Shown piece after piece: positions 28,601-37,961 of a DNA stretch of 64,000 nt. The stretch is from a virus. Under the pieces are notes generated by a model that made no database searches, was not told the origin of the DNA, and was given only the letters and a program-made list of their open reading frames with translations. The translations under genes were made by a program, and so were the position numbers. Location: the IMG/VR virus record IMGVR_UViG_3300035034_000707, positions 1 to 64,000 of that record; one strand, 5' to 3'. Each line of letters begins with the position of its first letter. The stretch's first letter is position 1.

Positions 28601-29349
28601 TAACCCCAAGCCTGATAGGCGTCATTGCTTCCGCCACGTCTATAGTAGAAGCACCCCCGGAACTCTTCATTGAAGACTATGAAGAAGACTTCAACTTTGA
28701 CCCGGATTATACCTCGGCTGGGCATACATTGACGAACGCTAATAAAACCCTTGAAAATACTTCGGGTGGAACGGACTACCGCCGCTTTGTGCCTTCGGAA
28801 CAAGAGATACCAAAGGACACCGGTCGCTATTTTGAAATCGAATGTCTGACCACTGCGACTGCTGATTATAATGGGTATATGGGGGTTATGACCGATAACT
28901 TACGGGACAGTGTGTCTGTTGGTCCGACCTCTGGTAACAACCCGATTGATCTGGGTTCTTTAGCTTACCGTGGAACAGGGGATATTTGGGGGGATGACTC
29001 ACAACAACTTGTTACGGGGGTAGGCACCTTTGGGACGGGCGATATCTTGATGTTCTTCGTGGATATGGAAGCCCGCGAATTCTATGTCGGTAAAAACGGA
29101 ACATGGCACCGGGACCCTGATAGTGCGCGGCCCAGCCGATTGTTTCAGTATGGTTATGAGGGCGGGGCCTATTATGTTACCGGCCAAGGTCGGGATCAGA
29201 CAGAAGGCGGAACTTTGATCAGTAAAGAGGCGGACTTCAACTACACGCCTCCTGCCCGGGCGCTTCCCCTCGGGCGCATATACGCCCCGGCTCAAAGGGT
29301 GGAAAGCCATACCGCTTACGTTATTACTCAGGATGGGTCATTCCTATGA
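28597..29349 (+). CDS. SPRY/ConA-like domain tail protein
   Basis: RYFEIE, MGV, GD..MF.VD....FY.GKNG.W, FNYTPP. Confidence 0.65.
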   Translation: MITPSLIGVIASATSIVEAPPELFIEDYEEDFNFDPDYTSAGHTLTNANKTLENTSGGTDYRRFVPSEQEIPKDTGRYFEIECLTTATADYNGYMGVMTDNLRDSVSVGPTSGNNPIDLGSLAYRGTGDIWGDDSQQLVTGVGTFGTGDILMFFVDMEAREFYVGKNGTWHRDPDSARPSRLFQYGYEGGAYYVTGQGRDQTEGGTLISKEADFNYTPPARALPLGRIYAPAQRVESHTAYVITQDGSFL

Positions 29350-31784
29350 AGGTTCTTTTCGCCAGCAACCGCGTAGACGACTTTAGGGGTTACACTCCCT
29401 TAGCTTCGAACACTTTGTTCTTTGACGAAACTCGGGTTCCTTACGCTATCGGGTGTATTTACGGTGGGCGGGTAACCTTGGCCGGACGGCTTCATAAGGC
29501 TCCGGTCGGGAACGTGGTTTGGTATCATATGAACATAGGGTGCAACCGCACTTGTAGCCCAAACTACGGTGGGGACCTTTTAGTAATTCGGGATGCAGGA
29601 ATCAATACGCTATGTGTTCTTCGTATTAAGGCTTCTAATGATGATCTGGAAGTGTCGACCGCTGGCGATACGACTGAAGTTGGAAGCCCCGGAACTCAAA
29701 CTCTACAGCCAACCCCTTTTCGAATAGATATTCGAGTAGAAGTCACAGCGTCCAATATTATCGTGGGCTACTATGAAAATGAAAACCTTGTCAGTAATAC
29801 TACGGTAGCCAATACCTCCGGTGGAAAGGGTGTAGCCCGCAGCATCGACTTTCTATCGACAGTGAAACAAACGGGCTTCAACCTATTTGGGGACGTGTAT
29901 TTTTCTGAACTGATTATATCCGAAGAGGAAACGCTTGGCGCGCGATTGAGACGTGTCAACCTCGGGACAGGTGACCTAGTTTCTGATTACGAAGGAAGTC
30001 CAAGTGCCCTAGGTCTTGAAAGTTTCAAAGAGGATATCCGGACCATAACCGAAGACACCCAGACAACGGGCATCCTCCGGACCTACTCTTCCACCGAGAA
30101 CGTGGTTGGGCTGGTCCTTTCGACCTCGGCTGGGGTAGGCACAGTAGATGGACCTCAGACCCTAACTCAATCGGTTGAAATTGGTGGAGAAGTCTTCGGG
30201 GGCGATGTTCACAGTCTGGAACGTGGGTCAAAGCCCTTTCTGACAACGTGGGAAACCAATCCTTATACAGGGGTCGATTGGACGCCCGGTGATATCGACC
30301 GCCTAAAAGTCGGGTTTAAGGCTGGGGCGATTGCTACGCCCTCCCCCGCCGCGCGGTACTGGCGTCTGTTTATGACCGACAGCATTGACCCGACGCAAAC
30401 TTTTGTGGGCTTGACTGAAATCGAATTCAGAACTGCCGTAGGTGGCACCGACCTTACGGACCCGGCGGACGCCTTAGCCGGGGCTGCTACATCCAGTAGT
30501 GAACTTTCAGCTTCTTTCGCGGCTCAAAACGCTTTCGATGATGTGGTATCGGCGGGGGCTGATAATGTCTGGACTACTGCTAGCGGGGATCAACTCAACG
30601 CTTGGATCACCTATGATTTTGTTACGCCCGCCACTATTTCAGAAGTGCTGGTAACCGGCCTGAATGACCCGCTTCAATCCCCGAAGGATTTGAAACTTCA
30701 AAAGTCTAGCGACGGTACCACATGGGTAGACGTTATTGACTTCGGCCTTCTCTCGTGGACTGCCTTAGAGCAGAAGGCCCTAGCCGTTACCGACGCCACG
30801 GTCACCATACTACCCATAGACCCTTATGACTTCCCCATCCTCTCTACGGATGCGACCGGTACGGCCAGCGATTGGTCGCGCTTTGGGGGAAGCGTTCTTA
30901 CCGCTTGGGGTTCCGAACCAACTTTCTGGGTCCCCTCTTTGACGAATGACCGGGTTATCCACTATCAGGAATTCGCGGTCCCGGATGGCTTCATCCCCTT
31001 CATCGACGCTGGCAACGCACTGGTCGATCTGTCTCATGTGATAAAATCTTTGGGGGGGGATGATGGCTGCTTTGCCATAGTGGAATTCCTCGACGGATCG
31101 ACCGGATCAGACTTCCTTGGCCGGGGCTTTACTGAGGATCAACTACCGACTGTCGAAACGGCTACCAGCCAGAATGATATCAGGGTCCCTCCGGGTACGC
31201 GCGTATGCCGCATTGGCTGGCAAGGCTTCCGTAAAGCGGGGACGCAACTGAACGGTAACGTGAAAGATATTGCCTGCACTCTGAAACAAGGTAATGGTGA
31301 GGCTACTGAGGCAGTCATGCTCTTCTCCGAAGAGGAAGCCAGCCTTACTGGTTGGTCGGGGGATACGGGGGTCGTTGTAATCCTTACCTCGGATGGGGAC
31401 TGGCAGCGCGGCGGGGATCGACCACACTACGCTGGTGGCCCGACTAACGCTAACAGCCGGATATTCAGGACGCTACCTATTCCTTCCGGATGGGCTGATA
31501 AGGTTGCCACGGGCGCGGCCCGTATCCAGATTACCGCGTCCCTGTTCAATGCAAATGACGACGACGATGCGGGCATCGGCATTGAATTTAATCGGCCCGG
31601 GACCAATACTTTCCTTGAAACTGGCCGCGTGGCCATAACGAATGAAGTCATACCCATTACGCTAGACGCAGTGGTTCCCTCGGACACTATCGACTTTATT
31701 CTGGACTTGGAATTCTGGCGGGATGATGGGACCTATAACGATGGCGCGATCAGCCAGATTGGTATATTCCTCTACCTCACTTAA
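29346..31784 (+). CDS. receptor-binding/tail fibre protein with carbohydrate-binding (discoidin-like) modules
   Basis: ARYWRL, A.NAFD, WI.YDF, P.D..LQ.S.DG..W. Confidence 0.7.
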   Translation: MKVLFASNRVDDFRGYTPLASNTLFFDETRVPYAIGCIYGGRVTLAGRLHKAPVGNVVWYHMNIGCNRTCSPNYGGDLLVIRDAGINTLCVLRIKASNDDLEVSTAGDTTEVGSPGTQTLQPTPFRIDIRVEVTASNIIVGYYENENLVSNTTVANTSGGKGVARSIDFLSTVKQTGFNLFGDVYFSELIISEEETLGARLRRVNLGTGDLVSDYEGSPSALGLESFKEDIRTITEDTQTTGILRTYSSTENVVGLVLSTSAGVGTVDGPQTLTQSVEIGGEVFGGDVHSLERGSKPFLTTWETNPYTGVDWTPGDIDRLKVGFKAGAIATPSPAARYWRLFMTDSIDPTQTFVGLTEIEFRTAVGGTDLTDPADALAGAATSSSELSASFAAQNAFDDVVSAGADNVWTTASGDQLNAWITYDFVTPATISEVLVTGLNDPLQSPKDLKLQKSSDGTTWVDVIDFGLLSWTALEQKALAVTDATVTILPIDPYDFPILSTDATGTASDWSRFGGSVLTAWGSEPTFWVPSLTNDRVIHYQEFAVPDGFIPFIDAGNALVDLSHVIKSLGGDDGCFAIVEFLDGSTGSDFLGRGFTEDQLPTVETATSQNDIRVPPGTRVCRIGWQGFRKAGTQLNGNVKDIACTLKQGNGEATEAVMLFSEEEASLTGWSGDTGVVVILTSDGDWQRGGDRPHYAGGPTNANSRIFRTLPIPSGWADKVATGAARIQITASLFNANDDDDAGIGIEFNRPGTNTFLETGRVAITNEVIPITLDAVVPSDTIDFILDLEFWRDDGTYNDGAISQIGIFLYLT

Positions 31785-31791
31785 AAGAACA

Positions 31792-31820
31792 GTGACGAAC
31801 GGGCCAGCCTCGTGTAGTGT
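31792..31820 (+). promoter_or_regulatory. variant promoter GTGACG(AACGG)-N17-TAGTGT before the endolysin
   Basis: One mismatch to the motif family; intergenic. Confidence 0.55.
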
Positions 31821-31847
31821 CTCCGAAAACACATTGGAGTATGCCTC

Positions 31848-32900
31848 ATGGCTGGCCCTTACGTTTACGCGGGGATCGACCGGACCCCTACCCCTTCGAT
31901 GATCAAGAACGCGGCGGACTCCATAGGGGTATCGCCCGCCGTCATGCAGGCGGTGATCCGGGTAGAAGCCGGGGGCAAATGGTACAACGGCGACGGCAGT
32001 ATGGTCCGCCGGTTCGAACCGCACCACGGCACACCCCGCATTAAGCAGGAACTAGGCTTCCGGGGGAACTGGCGGGATAGCCTCAAGATCAAGACTTCCT
32101 CGCGCCGCAAGATGTTCGACCGTGCTTACGCCGTGGACCCGGAAGGCGCTTGCCGCGCGTCCTCGTGGGGCGCATTTCAGATCATGGGTTTCAACGCCGA
32201 ACGCTCGGGCTTCAAATCCGCCCGGGATATGGTCAAAGCCTTCGCTGGTTCCATCGAAGCCCAGCTTCGGGCCTTCATCAACTTCGTGAAATTCATCAAA
32301 GCGGATGGGGACCTGCGCGCGCAGAACTGGACCGGCTTCGCCCGGAAATACAATGGCTCCGGACAGCCAGCCGTCTATGGCAAGAAACTCGCCTCAGCCT
32401 ACGCCAGCATCACCGGCTCCGGATCGCCCAAGGTGCTGCGCCTCGGATCGAAAGGCGCGACCGTCACGGAACTTCAAAAGGCGCTGGCTACTCGTGGGTA
32501 CCCTGTCGGGGTCGATGGCTACTTCGGGGCCGAAACATATGAGTCTGTCCTTGAATTTCAGAAGGCCGAAAGCCTCACGGCGGACGGTATGGTCGGGGCT
32601 ATGACGTGGCAGCAACTCCGCCAGACTTCGGCCTACTCCCCCAAGCCGGAACTCACGCAGACCGTATCCGAAAACCTGTCCGAAAAGGTGGCCGTTGCCT
32701 CGGCTGCGCTTACGACAGGTACGGGCGCGGTGACCACCGTTCTAGGGGACGCCCCCTCGGACGCGGTACGCATAAGCCTGATCGCCGCTATTGTGGTGCT
32801 GGCCGGGGTCGGTGGTTTCGCCTATCTCTGGATGAAGAAATCCAAGAAGGACCGCCTCGTTGAATACCGGTTTGATCCGCAACAGGGGGAATTTGGATGA
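31848..32900 (+). CDS. endolysin: N-acetylmuramidase (DUF3380) + PG-binding domain + C-terminal TM
   Basis: VE..G, FEPH, SWGAFQIMGFN, W..FAR.YNG; LRLGS.G..V..LQ..L..DG.FG. Confidence 0.9.
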   Translation: MAGPYVYAGIDRTPTPSMIKNAADSIGVSPAVMQAVIRVEAGGKWYNGDGSMVRRFEPHHGTPRIKQELGFRGNWRDSLKIKTSSRRKMFDRAYAVDPEGACRASSWGAFQIMGFNAERSGFKSARDMVKAFAGSIEAQLRAFINFVKFIKADGDLRAQNWTGFARKYNGSGQPAVYGKKLASAYASITGSGSPKVLRLGSKGATVTELQKALATRGYPVGVDGYFGAETYESVLEFQKAESLTADGMVGAMTWQQLRQTSAYSPKPELTQTVSENLSEKVAVASAALTTGTGAVTTVLGDAPSDAVRISLIAAIVVLAGVGGFAYLWMKKSKKDRLVEYRFDPQQGEFG

Positions 32901-33244
32901 TACCTTTTCTGCTCAGATACGGCCATTGGATCGCCATTGCCGCAGCTATCGCCACCGCGCTTTGGTACGCAAACCGCCTAGGGGTTCAAAGCGAACGTCA
33001 GGTATGGAAGGATCGACAAGATGAAATCACCGCGAAACTCCGGGCTGACCTTCGGGTGGCCGACGAACAAAGCCGCAAGGACGAAGCGGCTATCCGGGAA
33101 CTCAGCCGCGAACGGGAAGAGGTTGTCGCAGAGTTTGAAAAGACCCTCGACTTCAATTCTAACTTTGAGTGCATTTCTGCTGATGGGATGCGAACCCTTA
33201 ACGACACCCTCGAAAGACTTCGACCTCAAACGCCCCAGCCCTGA
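32897..33244 (+). CDS. i-spanin (Rz-like)
   Basis: N-terminal TM helix and coiled coil, directly after the endolysin. Confidence 0.75.
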   Translation: MIPFLLRYGHWIAIAAAIATALWYANRLGVQSERQVWKDRQDEITAKLRADLRVADEQSRKDEAAIRELSREREEVVAEFEKTLDFNSNFECISADGMRTLNDTLERLRPQTPQP

Positions 33245-33413
33245 ATTAGAAGCTGTCTGCACATGGCCCGGCAATCCGGAAGGGGTTCAGTCGGTGGGCC
33301 TGCGCCGGGCAGTCGTGGCCTACGCCGCGTCCCTCGCTGACTGCGCCGAACGGAAGGCGGCGGTTCAGGCCCACTACGAACGCCAACGCAAGATCATGTC
33401 ACAGGCTTTCTAG
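33135..33413 (+). CDS. o-spanin lipoprotein (Rz1-like); start uncertain (TTG 33123 or 33135)
   Basis: Overlapping frame; lipobox LLMGC. Confidence 0.7.
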   Translation: MKRPSTSILTLSAFLLMGCEPLTTPSKDFDLKRPSPELEAVCTWPGNPEGVQSVGLRRAVVAYAASLADCAERKAAVQAHYERQRKIMSQAF

Positions 33414-33415
33414 GC

Positions 33416-34087
33416 GTGGGGGCTGAATGGTTCGATAAAATAGAGTGGGAACCCCGGGGGGCCTTCCATACTACGCGCTCAGAGCCTCTACGCGGCCTCC
33501 CTGTGGTCATACTAGGTGGGGGGCCGGGGCTACTACCCGGACATACCCAAGCCCTCCATGCGGCCCCCAGAGCCATCCTGACAAACAACGCCTATACCCT
33601 ATGGCCCCGACCCGCCCCGGTCCTCGCACTTGACCGGCGCTGGTGGGAATGGCACGGAACCAATGTAGCAGAACTAGGGCACCTGCCCATCACCGCGCTG
33701 CGACCCGGACAGACGATACCCAAGCCGCGTACCCATTACGCTTTCGAAAAGGGGATAGCAGAAGCGCTGACTACCGACCGAAACTTCCTGACCGGAAAGA
33801 ATACGGGACACGCAGCTATTCAGCTTGCGGTGCACCTAGGATCACCGACGATCTATCTGGCTGGGTTTGATATGGGTTTCCCGGGGGGCCGAACGCACTG
33901 GCATGAAGGCCACCTTGTTCCGTCCTCCGAGTCCAACTATACGCGACGGTTCAAACCGCAGCTTGAAGAACTCGTGCGCGCACTGCATGATCGTGGCATT
34001 TCTGTTTCAGCCATAACCCCCACGGCGGCGGACATACCCTCTACCCCTTTCGATATGGCCCTAAAGGATTTGAAGACCTCCGTATGA
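33416..34087 (+). CDS. MptE/Maf/sialyltransferase-like nucleotide-sugar enzyme
   Basis: VILGGGPGL, NTG.AAIQLA..LG...IYL.GFDM. Confidence 0.7.
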   Translation: MGAEWFDKIEWEPRGAFHTTRSEPLRGLPVVILGGGPGLLPGHTQALHAAPRAILTNNAYTLWPRPAPVLALDRRWWEWHGTNVAELGHLPITALRPGQTIPKPRTHYAFEKGIAEALTTDRNFLTGKNTGHAAIQLAVHLGSPTIYLAGFDMGFPGGRTHWHEGHLVPSSESNYTRRFKPQLEELVRALHDRGISVSAITPTAADIPSTPFDMALKDLKTSV

Positions 34088-34902
34088 CACGAACGCACCC
34101 CATAGCTTGGCTCACACTCAGACATCAACCGCCCTACCGGGCTGACGCCTTTGCGGACGGGTTCGAACGGTTGGGGTTCCGTGTAAAAATGGCTTTCCCG
34201 GCGGGCAATGAAGTGCGCCCACAAGATGTGGTAGTCACTTGGAACCTCAACCCACGGTATCAACCGGCGGCGGCAGAGGCGCACAAGGTAGGTGCGGCCC
34301 TGATCGTTGCAGAGAATGGCTATATCACCCCCCGGTACGGCCCCCCTCAAACCTATGCCATTGCCCGGGACGGACATAATGGGTCTGGGTCTTGGATCGT
34401 GGGGACAGAAGACCGGTGGGCCAAGCTGGGTCAGATTATTGAACCTTGGGTAACCCGGCCCGGTGGTTACATACTGGTTACGGATCAGCGCGGTATTGGC
34501 TCAGACCTCATGCGATGTCCGAAGCTATTCTATGAGTCAGTCAGACCTAAAATCCTCCGGGTGTTTTCCAAGACGGGGTATCAACCAGAAATTCGGCTAA
34601 GGGTTCATCCCGGGCGGCACGAGTCACTCACGCCGTTGGAGACTGATCTGGCTGGCGCACGGGCCGTGGTAACATGGGCTTCGAATGTGGCGAACATTGC
34701 ACTCCTGAAAGGCATCCCGACCTTCCGGTGCGCACCCTATCATGTGAACGAAGCGGCCATGTCTGATTTAAGCACCTTGCCTGCCCCTCTTGAGCCGGAT
34801 AGGCTGACAGCCTTCAAGAAACTCGCATGGGCGCAATGGTCCCTCTCAGAGATTGAGGCAGGGACAGCCTTTCGGCATTTGCTTAGAGACAGGCTAGAAT
34901 GA
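34084..34902 (+). CDS. KpsS/KpsC-like (Capsule_synth-type) glycosyltransferase
   Basis: ENGY, R.HP, L..A.AVVT..S.....ALL.GIP. Confidence 0.6.
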   Translation: MTRTHPIAWLTLRHQPPYRADAFADGFERLGFRVKMAFPAGNEVRPQDVVVTWNLNPRYQPAAAEAHKVGAALIVAENGYITPRYGPPQTYAIARDGHNGSGSWIVGTEDRWAKLGQIIEPWVTRPGGYILVTDQRGIGSDLMRCPKLFYESVRPKILRVFSKTGYQPEIRLRVHPGRHESLTPLETDLAGARAVVTWASNVANIALLKGIPTFRCAPYHVNEAAMSDLSTLPAPLEPDRLTAFKKLAWAQWSLSEIEAGTAFRHLLRDRLE

Positions 34903-35741
34903 CCAATAGGATATCCATAGAACGGTTCGTCTTTCATACTCATAAGCCGAAAGCCGAAGCCATAGCGCAGTTCTTCAAAGAGGGATGCACCGCCCTAGGG
35001 TATGACTGCATTGTTACCGATAGCAATCAGCCCGTCAAAGACCGCGTGGGGGTATTCTATGGGGTAATTCCGTCAACCTATGCGGCCTTCCAATTCTATA
35101 AAGCGGAACGGCGCGCGGTCTATCTGGACAACGGGTGGCTATCGACCAGAGAACTCCCAACCCTGCGCTATACATGGAACGGCGTTCAGTCCTTCCTTCG
35201 GGATATGGAACCTGTCAGGGGGAAACTCTACTTCCCGGACCTGCCTGAAATAGACCGGAAACCCCAGAACGATCTGGCGCTGCTTATCCTCCAATCCCGG
35301 GCCTATTTTGACAACCTGTCACTGGGCTATTCACGAGACGTTTGGGAACGGGCTACGACGCGCCTGCTGACGATGAAGGGCTACCGGGTAGAGACACGCG
35401 AAAAACCCCAGAAGCGCGGGCCGCAGACGGAAGACTTCTTTGAGCAGATCGCACGCGCTGGTATCGTGGTCAGCCTGAATTCGGCTTCCTGCATAAAGGC
35501 CCTCCGCTATGGCATCCCGGCCTACTGCACACTTGACTGCACGCTCTCCCCCTACGCCCCCGTTAAACTCCCAAACGTGGGCATGGCGGCTCCCCCTCCG
35601 CCGGAAGACGTTATGGACCTGATGAGGCGCGTGGCTCAGTACGAAAAGACCAAGAAAGACTTCACGAGCGGTCGCATAATTGAAAGCCTGCTGGCCGTCC
35701 CGCAAGAGAAACGCAGAGGAATGTGGTATGGTACTCGATGA
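34899..35741 (+). CDS. second KpsS/KpsC-like glycosyltransferase
   Basis: LDNGW, REKP, A..VVSLNS...KAL..GIP. Confidence 0.55.
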   Translation: MTNRISIERFVFHTHKPKAEAIAQFFKEGCTALGYDCIVTDSNQPVKDRVGVFYGVIPSTYAAFQFYKAERRAVYLDNGWLSTRELPTLRYTWNGVQSFLRDMEPVRGKLYFPDLPEIDRKPQNDLALLILQSRAYFDNLSLGYSRDVWERATTRLLTMKGYRVETREKPQKRGPQTEDFFEQIARAGIVVSLNSASCIKALRYGIPAYCTLDCTLSPYAPVKLPNVGMAAPPPPEDVMDLMRRVAQYEKTKKDFTSGRIIESLLAVPQEKRRGMWYGTR

Positions 35742-36456
35742 TATCGGGAAGAAAGTTGGCGGCGTCTGGTTACCAAAGGATGAACAGCACCTGACAGAGT
35801 GGATGGTCAAGAGCAAAGGCCGTTTTGAAAAGGATGGTGTTTTGACCTATCAATGGGCCAAGCAGTCCTTTGCTCAGGACGCCATGATAAAATATATCCC
35901 TGACTATGGCACCCGATCCTTCATAGACGTGGGCGCGCATGTTGGGCTTTGGTCAATGTGGTGGTCCTGCCTGATGGCCGGGACCATAGCCTTTGAGCCT
36001 ATCCCGGAAATGCGGGAACTCTACCGGGCCAACATGCAAGGCCGGGGCAGATATCTCCTGCTATCTGAGGCCCTAGGCCACCAGCCGGGCTGTTTGGAAT
36101 TGTCTTTTAACAAGGAAAACACGGGCAACACTCACGCTACCAGACAGAAAAATAAGGGCCTGCCTATCATTCAGGTGGCCATGACCACTCTGGACCTAAA
36201 AATGAGCGTCATGCCCAACTCCCCCGCGCCCGGTGTGATCAAGATCGACTGCGAAGGTTTTGAGGAATTGGTGGTAAGGGGGGCAGAGGCTACCATCCGT
36301 GAGCACCGCCCCCTCCTGATAGTGGAGCAGAAAAAGGGATCAGACTACTATGGGATGTCCCCACTTGGGGCAGTAGAGGTCCTGACCAAATGGGGCTTCA
36401 AGGTAGTCAAAACCATGTCAGGCGATCACATTATGGTCCATGAGGTATACCTATGA
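35728..36456 (+). CDS. FkbM-family methyltransferase
   Basis: IDVGAHVG, AFEP, IKIDCEGFE..V..GA. Confidence 0.9.
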   Translation: MVLDDIGKKVGGVWLPKDEQHLTEWMVKSKGRFEKDGVLTYQWAKQSFAQDAMIKYIPDYGTRSFIDVGAHVGLWSMWWSCLMAGTIAFEPIPEMRELYRANMQGRGRYLLLSEALGHQPGCLELSFNKENTGNTHATRQKNKGLPIIQVAMTTLDLKMSVMPNSPAPGVIKIDCEGFEELVVRGAEATIREHRPLLIVEQKKGSDYYGMSPLGAVEVLTKWGFKVVKTMSGDHIMVHEVYL

Positions 36457-37028
36457 AGACGATCACGGCGAAGTACCTGCGCACACAAGAAGCGCTTCAC
36501 GAGGGGGCCTATGGTTCCTCCGGGCATTACTGGCTCGGCCACGTCGCGGAAATCTGTGACGTCCTCAACTGCCGGTCAGTGCTGGACTACGGCGCTGGCA
36601 AGGGGACGCTTGGACCCTACCTCAAACGGCTGGGTATTGAATACGCCGCGTATGATCCGGTGACGTTCCCCAAGAAGCCCTCAGGCCGCTTCGATCTGGT
36701 GGTATGCCTAGACGTTATGGAACATATCGAAGAGGCGTTCGTCCCCGCAGTTATGGCAGAGATATGGGGCTATACCAACATCGCCATGTTCTGCGTTGTG
36801 AATACCCGGGCTTCCTCCAAGACCTTGAGCGACGGGCGGAACGCACATATCACGGAACGCCCCTATGAATGGTGGCGCGATAATTACCTTTCGGAAGGGT
36901 GGAAGCCCGCGCGGGTTCGACAGACAGCGGACGGCTTTGATATGGTATCCACGCGGACCCCACCCCCAACGGGGGTCAGCCCTATCAGCCGGGCGCAGCT
37001 ACACACTTTGAGAGGGATCAGGAAATGA
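36453..37028 (+). CDS. class I SAM methyltransferase
   Basis: VLDYGAGKG, YDP, FDLVVC.DVMEH. Confidence 0.88.
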   Translation: MKTITAKYLRTQEALHEGAYGSSGHYWLGHVAEICDVLNCRSVLDYGAGKGTLGPYLKRLGIEYAAYDPVTFPKKPSGRFDLVVCLDVMEHIEEAFVPAVMAEIWGYTNIAMFCVVNTRASSKTLSDGRNAHITERPYEWWRDNYLSEGWKPARVRQTADGFDMVSTRTPPPTGVSPISRAQLHTLRGIRK

Positions 37029-37837
37029 CCAGACGGGACACCTATTTTCTAGGTTATGATGCGCGCGAACACGAAGCCGCCTGCATAGCGGGGTACTCAA
37101 TCCTGCGCCGGGCGAACCGCAGATCGCAGATATTCCTGATCGAACATCAGATGCTCCGGGCGCTCAAGAAGTTTGACAGGGAATGGCTCACGACTGCCAC
37201 AGGGCAGACCTATGACACACTGGATCATAAGCCCTTCTCTACGGCCTTCTCTCATTCCCGCTTCCTCGCGTTCACGCTGGCTCGTGATCTTAGGTGCACC
37301 GGCCCCTGTATGTTTATCGACTGTGACTGGTTGTTCCTCAATGACCCGGGCGAACTCATGGCACAGCAAGAGAAGAACCCTGACAAGATTGGGGTCGTGT
37401 CCCGTCACCGTGAAATCGAAGAAGGCTCGACCAAGATGGATGGTATGGTTCAAGAGGCGTATCACCGGAAACTGTGGTCAGCCCTCTTTACCTTCATGCC
37501 TACTCAGGAGTGGGCCGCGCTCTTCGACGTTCAAGCGGTTAACAACCGGACGGGCCGCGCCCTTCACGGCTTCCTTGGATTGGATAAAAATCGCTTCTGG
37601 GAAGTGGACCCGCGCTGGCACTATATCCCCTCGCTGGACCCGGCACAGGAGGCCCCCGGGGGTATTCACTACTCCGAATTCAGCCCTTGGTTAAACCCTG
37701 AGCGGTATGCCGAATTCCCGAAAGCCTTTGACGCATGGACTGATGAGAAATCTGCTTGGCTGGAATACGCGGCCAAGCGCGGCGCTCTGGAAACTTGGGA
37801 TGATCTGAACACGGCCCTCTTGGCGGCGGCGGCTTGA
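37025..37837 (+). CDS. GT-A fold glycosyltransferase
   Basis: GYD.RE, ST.FS.SRF, FIDCD (DxD), K.WS, IHY. Confidence 0.8.
   Translation: MTRRDTYFLGYDAREHEAACIAGYSILRRANRRSQIFLIEHQMLRALKKFDREWLTTATGQTYDTLDHKPFSTAFSHSRFLAFTLARDLRCTGPCMFIDCDWLFLNDPGELMAQQEKNPDKIGVVSRHREIEEGSTKMDGMVQEAYHRKLWSALFTFMPTQEWAALFDVQAVNNRTGRALHGFLGLDKNRFWEVDPRWHYIPSLDPAQEAPGGIHYSEFSPWLNPERYAEFPKAFDAWTDEKSAWLEYAAKRGALETWDDLNTALLAAAA
37284..37299. repeat. 16-bp site GTGATCTTAGGTGCAC
   Basis: Intragenic (glycosyltransferase). Confidence 0.75.
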
Positions 37838-37862
37838 CGAACAAGGTAAACGCCTATATATA
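37834..37862 (+). promoter_or_regulatory. sRNA promoter TTGACG-N17-TATATA
   Basis: Motif family. Confidence 0.75.
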
Positions 37863-37864
37863 CT

Positions 37865-37951
37865 CACACCTAGCGCTGTTTCTCCAAGGCAGTCGCTTGG
37901 TGGTGAAACTGGACGGGCGCAGGTTGTGGTGAGCTAGCGCCCGTCCTTTTT
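37865..37951 (+). ncRNA. putative small antisense RNA targeting the conserved early-gene leaders
   Basis: Own promoter (37834); two hairpins with loops CTCCA and GTGGTG; terminator T run; no ORF; complementary to CCTTGGAGA and CACCACAACCT. Confidence 0.75.
37911..37951 (+). terminator. intrinsic terminator of the sRNA
   Basis: Perfect 10-bp stem GGACGGGCGC/GCGCCCGTCC followed by TTTTT. Confidence 0.85.
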
Positions 37952-37961
37952 AGTTTTGGGG

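Noticed and set aside
37865-37931. Reading the sRNA locus as an inverted early leader for a minus-strand gene
   Set aside because: On the minus strand CCTTGGAGA is followed by AACAGCGCTAG with no suitably spaced start or ORF; promoter and T tract both point to + strand transcription.
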